From: Nitrososphaerota archaeon
Lineage (GTDB): Archaea; Thermoproteota; Nitrososphaeria_A; Caldarchaeales; JAVZCJ01
Reading direction: 5' to 3'
DNA length: 24,000 bases
NCBI GenBank assembly: GCA_038874475.1
Contig: JAVZCJ010000004.1
Location: 1 to 24,000 of the forward strand
The translations under genes and the position numbers were made by a program. The notes below the pieces were generated by a model. The model was given only the letters and a program-made list of their open reading frames with translations. It was not told where the DNA came from and ran no database searches. Below, piece by piece: positions 7,473 to 16,596 of the stretch; positions within the stretch are counted from its first letter, which is position 1; every line of letters starts with the position of its first letter.

Positions 7473-9356
7473 TCACATTTCTTCTATAATTGGCAATCCA
7501 AGTAAATATAAACAATTATTTAATGTTTGCTTAAAAGCAGCCACTATTGCTAATCTATAATTTGTTTCTTTTTCATTAGAAGATATCACTTGACATTTTT
7601 CATAAAAATCATTGAAATATAATGCTAATTGATGTGTATAATTTACTAATTTTTTTATGAAAAGCGTTTTAGCTACTTCTTCTACAATTAATGGAAATAA
7701 AGCAATTTGTCTTATAACATTTCTCTCATACTCGTTTGGCTCTCTAAAAACTTCCACATTTTTATTAAACATTCCTGCTTTTTCAATTATTCTACATGCT
7801 CTTGCAAAAGTATATTGCAAATATGGTCCAGTATTCCCTTCAATTCTCATAGCTTTCTCGCTATCAAATACAATTATTTTATCAGTATCGCTTTTTATTA
7901 ATTCGTACCTTAAAGATGCTATTGCTAAAGCTTCTGAAGTTTTATCTATTTTCTCTATACTCCATTCAGGATGCCTTTTCTTAGTTTCTAAAATAAATTT
8001 TTCTTTTAGCATATTTAATATTTCTTCTACTTTTATGTATATCCCTTTCCTTCCTTCCATATGAATAATTTTTGTTTTTATATCTTTTATTCCAATTTTT
8101 TCAGCATCTTTTGAACTTAAAGAAACTACTTCATATGAGAAATGTATGTATTTTTCAGGATCTATTCCTAAAAGTGATAAAACATATTTTATTATTTCTT
8201 GTGGTCTAGATTGTCTAACATCTATTACAGATATTGCTTTATCACATCTACCAAATTTTTCTTCCATTTTCCCATTAAAATCTGTTATTAATAAAGGTGT
8301 ACCATCTGGATTTTTTGTAAATAAGCTATATTTAAAATCATCGCTTAATAAACCTAGCTTCCAAGCTGCATAAGCAATATCTTTTGCAATATATGTTATT
8401 GTCAAATCACTTCTTAAAAGAACTTCATCTTCTTCTTTAGAAAGAATTGGATGTTTTGATAAATCTATTAACCAACAACCTGCTTTATTCCCTCTTTCTG
8501 AAGGATATATTATTCCCGCCTCTTTTAATTTATTGAACATTTTATTCCATAAACCAAAAACGATTACATCTAATTCTCTATTTATTACATCATATCTTGC
8601 TCCTAATCTCCAACATGTTTTCAATTGATCTTTTAAAACTTTTTCGGCTATTTCTCTATTCAATTTAAATATTTTTGAATTAACATCTTCTATTTCTTTA
8701 AGAATGGTCTTCTTCTTTTTTTCAAGCTCCGAATTTTTTGAAATTAAATTGTTTACTTCAACGTATATTTTATCTCCACAATATTCATCAAATCTAATAC
8801 CTTTAGGTGGCTCCATAGGATATTTAAGCTCTAAAAAGCCTAGTAAAATATCGGCCATTTGACTTCCACTATCGTCTACATAATTTGCAACAATTACTTT
8901 ATATCCTGAGAAATTCAAAATTCTATAAATTGTATCTCCTAAACAAACATTTCTTGCATGACCTATATGCAATGCCTTATTAGGATTAACACTTGTATGT
9001 TCAAGAAAAATTCTTTTGTTTTCACCAATATTTGTTTTTCCATAATCATTTTTAAGTTTTAAAATATTTTTTATAGTAGCTTCAGTATATTTAATCCAAT
9101 CAGCATAAAAATTAATGTATCCAGGAGGTTTAACATCGAAACTTTTTAATAAACCATCTTTTTTAAGAATTATTTTTGAAGAAATTTCTTTAGCATATTC
9201 AATAGGGTTTAAACCTAATTTTTTTGCATCTTCAAAACATGAAATACATGATATTTCTCCAAATTCTATTTTTTTAGGAATTTCTAATATAGGCTTAGAT
9301 AATCCTGCATTTTTAAGAATTTCTTCAGCTTCTTCAAATAAGTATTTTACAGTCAT
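7473..9356 (-). CDS. argS: Arginyl-tRNA synthetase
   Basis: 627 aa. It has the class I HIGH motif (NPNKALHIGHARN), a DALR-type anticodon-binding C-terminal domain, and the conserved C-terminal Met (..PIIEEM). Confidence 0.92.
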   Translation of the reverse strand: MTVKYLFEEAEEILKNAGLSKPILEIPKKIEFGEISCISCFEDAKKLGLNPIEYAKEISSKIILKKDGLLKSFDVKPPGYINFYADWIKYTEATIKNILKLKNDYGKTNIGENKRIFLEHTSVNPNKALHIGHARNVCLGDTIYRILNFSGYKVIVANYVDDSGSQMADILLGFLELKYPMEPPKGIRFDEYCGDKIYVEVNNLISKNSELEKKKKTILKEIEDVNSKIFKLNREIAEKVLKDQLKTCWRLGARYDVINRELDVIVFGLWNKMFNKLKEAGIIYPSERGNKAGCWLIDLSKHPILSKEEDEVLLRSDLTITYIAKDIAYAAWKLGLLSDDFKYSLFTKNPDGTPLLITDFNGKMEEKFGRCDKAISVIDVRQSRPQEIIKYVLSLLGIDPEKYIHFSYEVVSLSSKDAEKIGIKDIKTKIIHMEGRKGIYIKVEEILNMLKEKFILETKKRHPEWSIEKIDKTSEALAIASLRYELIKSDTDKIIVFDSEKAMRIEGNTGPYLQYTFARACRIIEKAGMFNKNVEVFREPNEYERNVIRQIALFPLIVEEVAKTLFIKKLVNYTHQLALYFNDFYEKCQVISSNEKETNYRLAIVAAFKQTLNNCLYLLGLPIIEEM

Positions 9357-9486
9357 TATTTTCTTTTTGAATATTCACTTAAGAATTATATAAGCATAAT
9401 TTTTAAAAATCTTTTTTAAAGAAAAAAACTAATTTTAAACTAAATCTTTTTTTGTTTATGTTTAACTAAAGATGAGAGGGAACATA

Positions 9487-9599
9487 TGGGGCCGGCGAGA
9501 TTTGAACTCGCGACTTTGGGCAATTGTTTCGGGAAAAATATTAAATTTTTTTCTCCCGGTCCCTAGCCGGGTATCATAACCATGCTAGACCACGGCCCC
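9487..9599 (-). tRNA. Intron-containing tRNA with a Pro-like acceptor stem, apparent anticodon AGG, and an insertion of about 38 nt in the variable-loop region
   Basis: Reverse complement: GGGGCCG UG GUCU AGCAUGGUUA UGAU A CCCGG CUAGGGA CCGGG AG[38-nt A/U-rich insert]GUC GCGAG UUCAAAU CUCGC CGGCCCC A. The acceptor, T arm and anticodon arm are all Watson-Crick. Isotype and anticodon are uncertain (see findings). Confidence 0.75.
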
Positions 9600-9658
9600 T
9601 AAATCATTTTCAAATCAAAGTTATTTAAAAAAGTTACTGATTTTTTTTCAAATTAAAT

Positions 9659-10189
9659 CTATTCTTTTAAATGAGCTATTAAATGTCCAATTTCAGGCAA
9701 AATTATTTTCTTTAAAGCAATTTCAATTGCATGAGGAGAGCCTGGAAGAGAAAATATGGCTACCTTTTTATATATTCCAGCTGTAGCTCTTGATAAAAAA
9801 GATGCAGTACCTATTTTTTTAAAACTATGAATCCTAAATAATTCTCCGAATCCTGGAATGTTTTTTTCAAAAATTGGAGTTATTGCTTCTATTGTAACAT
9901 CTCTAGAGCTTAATCCTGTGCCTCCAATGGTGATTATTACATCTGGAGAAAATTCTTTAATACAAGAATCTATTTCTTCTCTTAATAATCCACTATCATT
10001 TGGTAAAATAATTTTTTTAATAACATTATATCCAGCTTTTTCTATTAATTTTATAGCTTTACTTCCAGATTCATCATTTATTTTTTCTCCTTTAACTTTT
10101 TTATTATAAAGTGTAGAACTTATAGTAAATATTACAAAATTAATTTTCTTAATTGCTTTTTCACGATGTTTTTTAACACTTTCACTCAT
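9659..10189 (-). CDS. moaB: Molybdenum cofactor biosynthesis protein B (MoaB/MogA family)
   Basis: 176 aa with the MoCF_biosynth signature DVIITIGGTGLSSRDVT and GSPHA. Confidence 0.8.
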   Translation of the reverse strand: MSESVKKHREKAIKKINFVIFTISSTLYNKKVKGEKINDESGSKAIKLIEKAGYNVIKKIILPNDSGLLREEIDSCIKEFSPDVIITIGGTGLSSRDVTIEAITPIFEKNIPGFGELFRIHSFKKIGTASFLSRATAGIYKKVAIFSLPGSPHAIEIALKKIILPEIGHLIAHLKE

Positions 10190-10251
10190 TTCTTTTCTAT
10201 AAATTTATATTTTTAAGCTATTTATAATATTTATTTTTTAGGTATCATGAT

Positions 10252-11244
10252 ATGAAAGTTTTATTCTTAAAAAGAAAAGATATAGAGCCCTTAATATCTA
10301 TGAATGAAGTTTTAAATGTAGTAGAACAAGCATTTAAAGAGAAAGGATTAAAAAGAGTTCAAATGCCTCCTAAACCTTATCTTTTTTATCATAAATATAA
10401 TGGCGACCTTAGAGCAATGCCATCTTATTTAGAAGCTTTGGATATTTCAGCTGTAAAAATAGTTAATTCTCATCCAAATAATATGAAATTATACAATTTA
10501 CCAACAGTTATAGCTACAATAATTTTAATAGACCCTAGAAATGGTTCTCCTCTATCTATTATGGAAGGCTCATGGATAACTGCTATGAGAACTGGAGCAG
10601 CAAGTGGAATAGCCTCAAAACATTTAGCTAGAAAAGATTCTCATAAACTTGGATTAATTGGAACAGGTGCTCAAGCTGAAACTCAAATATTAGCAATTTC
10701 TTCTATTCTAAATATTGAAGAAGTATGTGTTTATGATAAAGATAAAGAAAAAATGAAAATTTTTGCTTCAAAGTATATTAAAAAATATGGTGAAAAATTT
10801 TCTATAAATCCTGTTAATAAACCTGAAGATGCTGTAAAAAATATGGATATAGTTGTAACAGCTACTCCATCTAGAGAACCTATAGTTAAAAAAGACTGGA
10901 TTAAAGCTGGAATGCATATAAATTCTATCGGAGCAGATGCTCCAGGTAAAGAAGAACTTGATCCAGAAATTCTTAAAATATCAAAAATTGTTGTAGATGA
11001 TATTGAACAAGCTTCTCATGGAGGAGAAATAAATGTTCCTCTTTTAAAAGGTATTATTTCATTAAAAGATGTGTATGCTGAAATAGGAGAAATAGTAGCT
11101 GGTTTAAAGCCTGGAAGAGAAACTATAGAAGAAATAACGGTTTTTTGCTCAACTGGTTTGGCTATACAAGATGCTGTAACAGCTAAGCTCGTGTATGATA
11201 AAGCTTTAGAAAATAATATAGGACAGTGGATTGAATTCTTTTAG
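10252..11244 (+). CDS. Ornithine cyclodeaminase / mu-crystallin family protein (archaeal alanine dehydrogenase-like)
   Basis: 330 aa with ITAMRTGAASGIA and a Rossmann GLIGTGAQA motif typical of the OCD/mu-crystallin family. The substrate cannot be determined by eye. Confidence 0.75.
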   Translation: MKVLFLKRKDIEPLISMNEVLNVVEQAFKEKGLKRVQMPPKPYLFYHKYNGDLRAMPSYLEALDISAVKIVNSHPNNMKLYNLPTVIATIILIDPRNGSPLSIMEGSWITAMRTGAASGIASKHLARKDSHKLGLIGTGAQAETQILAISSILNIEEVCVYDKDKEKMKIFASKYIKKYGEKFSINPVNKPEDAVKNMDIVVTATPSREPIVKKDWIKAGMHINSIGADAPGKEELDPEILKISKIVVDDIEQASHGGEINVPLLKGIISLKDVYAEIGEIVAGLKPGRETIEEITVFCSTGLAIQDAVTAKLVYDKALENNIGQWIEFF

Positions 11245-11303
11245 AATTATTTCTTAAAATTTAAATAATATTATTTAAATTATGTGATTGAAAGGAATAA
11301 AAG

Positions 11304-12027
11304 ATGAATTACAAAAGTAAAGAAAATAAGAGACATAGTAGGTTATTTTATATTTGCATAGTAACATTCCTAACTATAGGATTTATATTCTTTTCTATAT
11401 TTATGAGTACTTTTAGCAAAAATAGGGGCAGCATTTCTATTCCAATATCTTTTCCAATTGTAGCAATAATAATCTTTTATGAGGGCATTATTAGAAAAAG
11501 AGAGTTAAGTGAATTAGGTATTAAAAAAGAAAATTTTTGGAGAAACATTGGAATTGGTATTCTATTAGCATTTTTCGGATTTTTTTATAATGTTTGCTGT
11601 AGTGAAACTTACTATTCCTGATTTGATTGAAGAAATCGGTGGAAGAACTGAGACGATAAGTAATTTCTTTAGATTTAATTTTTCATTTCCTTTAAATTAC
11701 ATTCTTCAAACAATTTATGCTTTTACCTTACTCGCTCCTGCGGAAGAACTTCTATTCAGAGGATTTATTCAAGGTAGGTTACAGAAGTGGATGAATCCTT
11801 ATTTAGCAATCAATATCCAATCTATTCTATATGGGCTAACCCATGGATTTCCTTTATATATGATTGGTTTACCTATTATTCATTGTATAGCTTATGGATT
11901 AATAGGCTTTTTTGGAGGTGTACTCCTTGGTATTGCTTTTTATAAAACAAACAATAATATTGTAGCTTCATGGTTTGCTCATGTAATCTCAGACTCACCT
12001 TTAGCATTATTATTCTTTGAATTTTAG
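11304..12027 (+). pseudogene. CPBP-family intramembrane glutamic endopeptidase (CAAX protease/Abi) interrupted by a +1 frameshift in a T7 run
   Basis: ORF 11304..11621 encodes the N-terminal TM region and ORF 11590..12027 the catalytic part (AEELLFRG, LYGLTHG, FAHVISD). They overlap in different frames. Removing one T from the run at 11580-11586 joins them into one continuous TM helix (..LLAFFGFFIMFAVVKL..). Confidence 0.7.
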
Positions 12028-12109
12028 TGAAATTTTAAAGAAAATACTTATAAATTTTAAAATAAAAGTAATTATTGAATAGTTTTTATATTGTTTTTAG
12101 GTGTAAATT

Positions 12110-14104
12110 GTGGAAAGAAATATAATTGACAAAAGAATTTTCAGAAAATATTTATTGAATAGTTTAATTTTCTTTTTAACAAATTTAATTCTCGCATTAA
12201 TAATGAATTTTTTCTTATTTTATAATCCAATGATTGAAAAATTTAATACCAATCTAAAGAATATAGGTTTTCTTGGAAAATTTCACTCATATATTTTATT
12301 TGTATTAAATGGTTTTGGTAATTCTTTAATGCAACCTAGATATCCTACGTTTAATATAATTTTTGAAAAAATTCCTATAACTTTAATAATAATGTTTTTA
12401 GCTCTTCCAATAGCTATTGTAATAGGGGTATTTATTGGAGCTTTTTCTTCAAGAATTTATAAACATAAGTTGGATTCATTTTTAACCACTTTCATGCTTA
12501 TAGCATATTCTACTCCAGCATGGTTAACCTGCTTATTATTCATAATTTTCTTTGGATGTTACTATAAAATATTTCCAATAGGTGGATTATATAGTGATAA
12601 ATGGATTTCTATTTCACCTTGGACAGATATAATAAGTTTTATAAATGATTTTACATGGCATTTAACTCCTTCAATAATGGTTCTTATTTTATGCCAAATG
12701 GGTTTTTATTTTTTAGTTACAAGGAACAGCATGATAGATATATATGATGAACCATACATTTTATTATGTAAAGCCAAAGGATTAAAAAATAAGACAATAA
12801 TTTTTAAGCATGCTTTAAGAAATGCTATTCTTCAAATAGTTACAATAATTGTTTTTAGTCCAGCAATAATAATGACTGCTGTGATATTTATAGAAATGAT
12901 ATTTTCTAAACCTGGTTTAGGATGGCTTTTATTTATTGCAATGGATAGAGATGATTATCCAGTTCTTCAAGCTACATTCATAGCTCTTACAATAATCACT
13001 TCTGGAATAAGTTTTATTGCTGAATTATTATATGCTTATTTTGATCCAAGAATTAAAAATATGAAAATTGAGAAAACTTTTTTTAATGAAGAAAAGAAAA
13101 TAATTAACTTTCAAAATCTTTTAAATTTTCGAAAATCTTTAAAAATATTTTTCAATAAGAGAAATTTAAAGAAAAGCTTCATTAATTTAAGAAGCTTTCT
13201 AGCATTTTATATAAAATCTTCTAAAGGAATAATTTCTTTTACGATTATGTCATTCTTCATATTATTAGCTATTTTAGCTCCTTATATTCCATATAATCCA
13301 AATGAAATGAATGCATTACAAACTTTCAAACCTCCAAACTTAGAACATTTACTTGGAACGGATGAACTTGGAAGAGATGTTTTTACTCGTTTAGCATGGG
13401 GGTCAAGAGCATCATTGATTGAATGTTTTGGAGCAGTATCTTTATCTATTTTAATAGGATGCGTACTAGGAGCAATTTCAGGATATTATGATAAAAGTTT
13501 TTTATCAATAATAATAGATTTATTTACAAATCTTTTCTTATCAATTCCATTGATAGCATTTGTAGGATTCTTCCCAACAGGTTTTGAAATGAATTTGATT
13601 GAAGGAGAGTTTGATACATGGCTAATAATAGTTTCAAGATCAATTATTTTAACAGGAATAGCTACATGGGGCGTTACAGCTAAACTTGTTAAATCAAAAG
13701 TTATTTCGATTAAAGAAAAAGGATATATAGAAAGTGCTAAAGCTATTGGTGCAAGTAATGAATATGTATTATTTAAACACATTTTTCCTGAAGCTATTAG
13801 AGTAGCTTTTTCAAGTCTTATATATACAGCTGTGATAGCTATAACTATACAATCTGGATTGGATATTCTAGGATATGGCAATCCATGGAGAATAAATCTT
13901 TCAAGAGCTGAGAAGCTTTTAGGCACACCTAAATCGCCAATAATTACTTGGGGAACAATGCTTTCTTGGTCATTTTACTATGGGGCTTCTCTTAAACCTT
14001 GGTGGACAATTGTTCCACCTGGATTATCTTTAATATTGTTAACATTATCTCTAATATTTATTGGAGATGTATTTTCAGATTATTTTAATCCATTTAAAAA
14101 ATAA
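12110..14104 (+). CDS. Fused ABC transporter permease (DppB/OppB-like N-half plus DppC/OppC-like C-half, peptide/nickel family)
   Basis: 664 aa with a GTG start and AGGTG about 6 nt upstream. The N-half carries CKAKGLKNKTIIFKHALRNAILQIVT and ends ..FDPRIK. The C-half carries LLGTDELGRDVFTRLAWGSRASL and ESAKAIGASNEYVLFKHIFPEAI. Confidence 0.8.
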   Translation: MERNIIDKRIFRKYLLNSLIFFLTNLILALIMNFFLFYNPMIEKFNTNLKNIGFLGKFHSYILFVLNGFGNSLMQPRYPTFNIIFEKIPITLIIMFLALPIAIVIGVFIGAFSSRIYKHKLDSFLTTFMLIAYSTPAWLTCLLFIIFFGCYYKIFPIGGLYSDKWISISPWTDIISFINDFTWHLTPSIMVLILCQMGFYFLVTRNSMIDIYDEPYILLCKAKGLKNKTIIFKHALRNAILQIVTIIVFSPAIIMTAVIFIEMIFSKPGLGWLLFIAMDRDDYPVLQATFIALTIITSGISFIAELLYAYFDPRIKNMKIEKTFFNEEKKIINFQNLLNFRKSLKIFFNKRNLKKSFINLRSFLAFYIKSSKGIISFTIMSFFILLAILAPYIPYNPNEMNALQTFKPPNLEHLLGTDELGRDVFTRLAWGSRASLIECFGAVSLSILIGCVLGAISGYYDKSFLSIIIDLFTNLFLSIPLIAFVGFFPTGFEMNLIEGEFDTWLIIVSRSIILTGIATWGVTAKLVKSKVISIKEKGYIESAKAIGASNEYVLFKHIFPEAIRVAFSSLIYTAVIAITIQSGLDILGYGNPWRINLSRAEKLLGTPKSPIITWGTMLSWSFYYGASLKPWWTIVPPGLSLILLTLSLIFIGDVFSDYFNPFKK

Positions 14105-14109
14105 TAATT

Positions 14110-14439
14110 TTACTTAAGATCTTTCATTATTTTCTTAAAAATATAAAAAATTATAAAAGCTATAATCACTCCTAGAAAATTACTTCCTAAATCAAAAATA
14201 TTGGAATTCCTCCATGGTATAATTAATTGTAATATTTCTGTTAAAGGTGTTAAAGCTATTGAAATAAATAAAGCCTTAGAATTAAAACCTATTGCATAAA
14301 CCCATAGAATTGATAAAATAAAATATGAAAAAATATGTCCAATACTTAAAAATTTATCATATCCTTCTGGTACTGGTAAAATGGATGCTATTGCAATTAA
14401 AAGGGTCCACATTATAGCAATAAATTTTTTCATGTTCAC
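14110..14439 (-). CDS. VanZ-like small membrane protein
   Basis: 109 aa with 4 TM helices. The pattern DK..H...Y followed by LTEILQLIIPWRNSNIFDLGSNFLGV matches the VanZ family. Confidence 0.55.
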   Translation of the reverse strand: MNMKKFIAIMWTLLIAIASILPVPEGYDKFLSIGHIFSYFILSILWVYAIGFNSKALFISIALTPLTEILQLIIPWRNSNIFDLGSNFLGVIIAFIIFYIFKKIMKDLK

Positions 14440-14586
14440 TTTAAATCATAATTCTAAAATAATCATTATATTTATAATTAATTTTTCTTTTTTTAAAAAA
14501 AAGAAGTTTAAGAGTTTTTAAGTATTTGATAATCATTTTTAAAAGTTTAATATCTCCCTTTTTTTAAAAGAAAATTTTGAATTTAA

Positions 14587-15360
14587 ATGAAAATTATGGT
14601 ATGTGGTAAAGGCGGTACAGGAAAAACTGCTTTAACAGTTCTTATTGCTAAGATTTTATCAAAATATTTTAAAGTTTACATAATCGATTCTGATGAATCA
14701 AACATAGTTTTACCAATACTTTTAGGCGTAGCTGCACCAAAATCTTTAGTAGAATATATAGGTGGAAAAAAAGAAGAGGAAGAATTTGAAAAAATGGAAA
14801 CAGATATAGCCAAAGCTTTAACTAAAGCAAAAGAAGGGATAAAACTCAATTTATTGCCATCTAATTATATTTCTTTTTCTAATGAAGGAATAGGATTAGT
14901 TATTATAGGAAAAGTTAGAGAATATGGTGAAGGATGTGCATGCCCATTTAATATACTTACGAAAATATTGTTAAGTAATTTAGCATTAGATAAAAATGAA
15001 GTTGTTTTAGTAGATACAGATGCTGGAGTAGAACATGTTGGCAGAAAAATTGAAGAAGTAAGCGATTGCATAATAGCTATAGTAGATCCTACGATAGAAT
15101 CTCTTGAAATAGCATTATTATTGAAAAAGATTGCTTCAAATTTAAATAAAAAATTTTGGATTATAGCTAATAAAATTACAAATGAAATCAGAGACATATT
15201 AATAAAAGAAGCAGAAAATATGGGATTAAAAATAGATGGAATTGTAAGATTTGATAAGAAGATGTATCTTTCATATTTGAAAAGGGAACCTTTAAAAGCT
15301 GGTGTAGCATTAATAGATTTAGAAAAAATATTAAAAAATTTAAATTTAATAATATCATAA
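14587..15360 (+). CDS. CooC-family (COG3640-type) SIMIBI/MinD-like P-loop ATPase, putative metallocentre (Ni) insertion accessory protein
   Basis: It has a deviant Walker A at the N-terminus (CGKGGTGKT), then IIDSDESN, the CxC metal motif (GEGCACPFN), and DTDAGVEHVGRK. All are typical of CooC/AcsF-type maturation ATPases. Confidence 0.7.
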   Translation: MKIMVCGKGGTGKTALTVLIAKILSKYFKVYIIDSDESNIVLPILLGVAAPKSLVEYIGGKKEEEEFEKMETDIAKALTKAKEGIKLNLLPSNYISFSNEGIGLVIIGKVREYGEGCACPFNILTKILLSNLALDKNEVVLVDTDAGVEHVGRKIEEVSDCIIAIVDPTIESLEIALLLKKIASNLNKKFWIIANKITNEIRDILIKEAENMGLKIDGIVRFDKKMYLSYLKREPLKAGVALIDLEKILKNLNLIIS

Positions 15361-15371
15361 ATTGATCAGCC

Positions 15372-16574
15372 TTGAAATTAGATTGGTTATTAATAAAAGC
15401 TAAAGAAATATTATATGAAAATTTAAAAGAATATGGAAAACATAAAATTGTTGTTCCACATCTTAATGGCTATCCTATACCATATTGTTGGGATACAGCT
15501 TTTCATGTATTAGCTTTATCACATATCGATCCATTACTTGCTAAAGAAAATATTGAAGCTCTCCTTTCTTTACAAAAAGAAGATGGTATGATTCCAAATG
15601 CTCCTATAGAAGTATACAATCAAGATTTAAGAAGTCAGCCACCTATTATAATATACGCAGTAAACTATTATTCAAATGTAACAAAAGATTTTGAAAGTTT
15701 AAAAAATTGGTATCCTAAATTAAAGAAGTTTTATGAATGGTGGAATAATTATGGTGATCCAATAGATTCAATTAATGGACTTGTAAGCCCATTTACCGGT
15801 GCAAGAGAAGAAAGTCCAATGATGGCATATTGGGCCATATGCTCAACTGGCATGGACAATCATGCTTTATATGATTTTGCTAATGGAAAAACTTTAAAAA
15901 GAAATGGATTTTATTATATACCAATCGAAGACCTTTTACTTAATAATGTTCTTGCTGCAAGTGCTGAAGCTTTATTTGAAATTGCTAATAAATTGGGAAT
16001 AGAAAATGATGCAAAAAATTTTCAATATGAATATCACAAAAAAGCCTCGCTTATTAATAAATATATGCGGTTTGAAAAAGAAAGTTTTTATTATCCTATT
16101 GATTGGAAAGGAAATATTGTTAAAGTTAAATCTATACAAGCATTCATGCCATTATTTTCTAAAATATTAGATAATGAAAGTGTTTCCCATCTTATTTCCC
16201 ATCTTACTTCTTCAAAAGAGTTCTGGGGAAAATATGGAATACCAACAATAGCTTTTGACGATGGAAAATATATGTCACCTCAGCCATCTTGGTTATATTC
16301 TTTAGATCCATATTATTGGAGAGGGCCAATATGGGCTCCTACAACTTATCTTGTTTTTAAAGGCTTATTAAATTATGGTTATAAAGAAATTGCTAAAAAA
16401 TTAGCAACAAAATGGTTTAATTTAATTAATAAAACAAAAGTTTTTGCTGAATATTATTATGAAGATGGTAAACCAGGTTTAACAGGTCTTTATAATTTTG
16501 GATGGACAGCAGCAGTAACAATTACTCTCGCAATAGAAAGCAATTTAATAAAATCTAAAACATTTATGAATTAA
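15372..16574 (+). CDS. (alpha/alpha)6-barrel glycoside hydrolase, GH63/GH37-like (trehalase or glycosylglycerate hydrolase type)
   Basis: 400 aa. TTG is the only start available after the in-frame stop at 15363. Motifs are YCWDTAFHVLAL, QKEDGMIPN and YYWRGPIWAPTTYLVFKGLLNYG. It lies 11 nt downstream of the CooC-like gene. Confidence 0.5.
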   Translation: MKLDWLLIKAKEILYENLKEYGKHKIVVPHLNGYPIPYCWDTAFHVLALSHIDPLLAKENIEALLSLQKEDGMIPNAPIEVYNQDLRSQPPIIIYAVNYYSNVTKDFESLKNWYPKLKKFYEWWNNYGDPIDSINGLVSPFTGAREESPMMAYWAICSTGMDNHALYDFANGKTLKRNGFYYIPIEDLLLNNVLAASAEALFEIANKLGIENDAKNFQYEYHKKASLINKYMRFEKESFYYPIDWKGNIVKVKSIQAFMPLFSKILDNESVSHLISHLTSSKEFWGKYGIPTIAFDDGKYMSPQPSWLYSLDPYYWRGPIWAPTTYLVFKGLLNYGYKEIAKKLATKWFNLINKTKVFAEYYYEDGKPGLTGLYNFGWTAAVTITLAIESNLIKSKTFMN

Positions 16575-16596
16575 AAATAATGAATTTCTTAATCTT

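Noticed and set aside
7657-9393. Plus-strand ORFs antisense to argS (7657..8064, 7707..7901, 8146..8373, 9115..9393)
   Set aside because: They are shadow ORFs opposite a strongly supported 627-aa ArgRS gene, with hydrophobic low-complexity translations.
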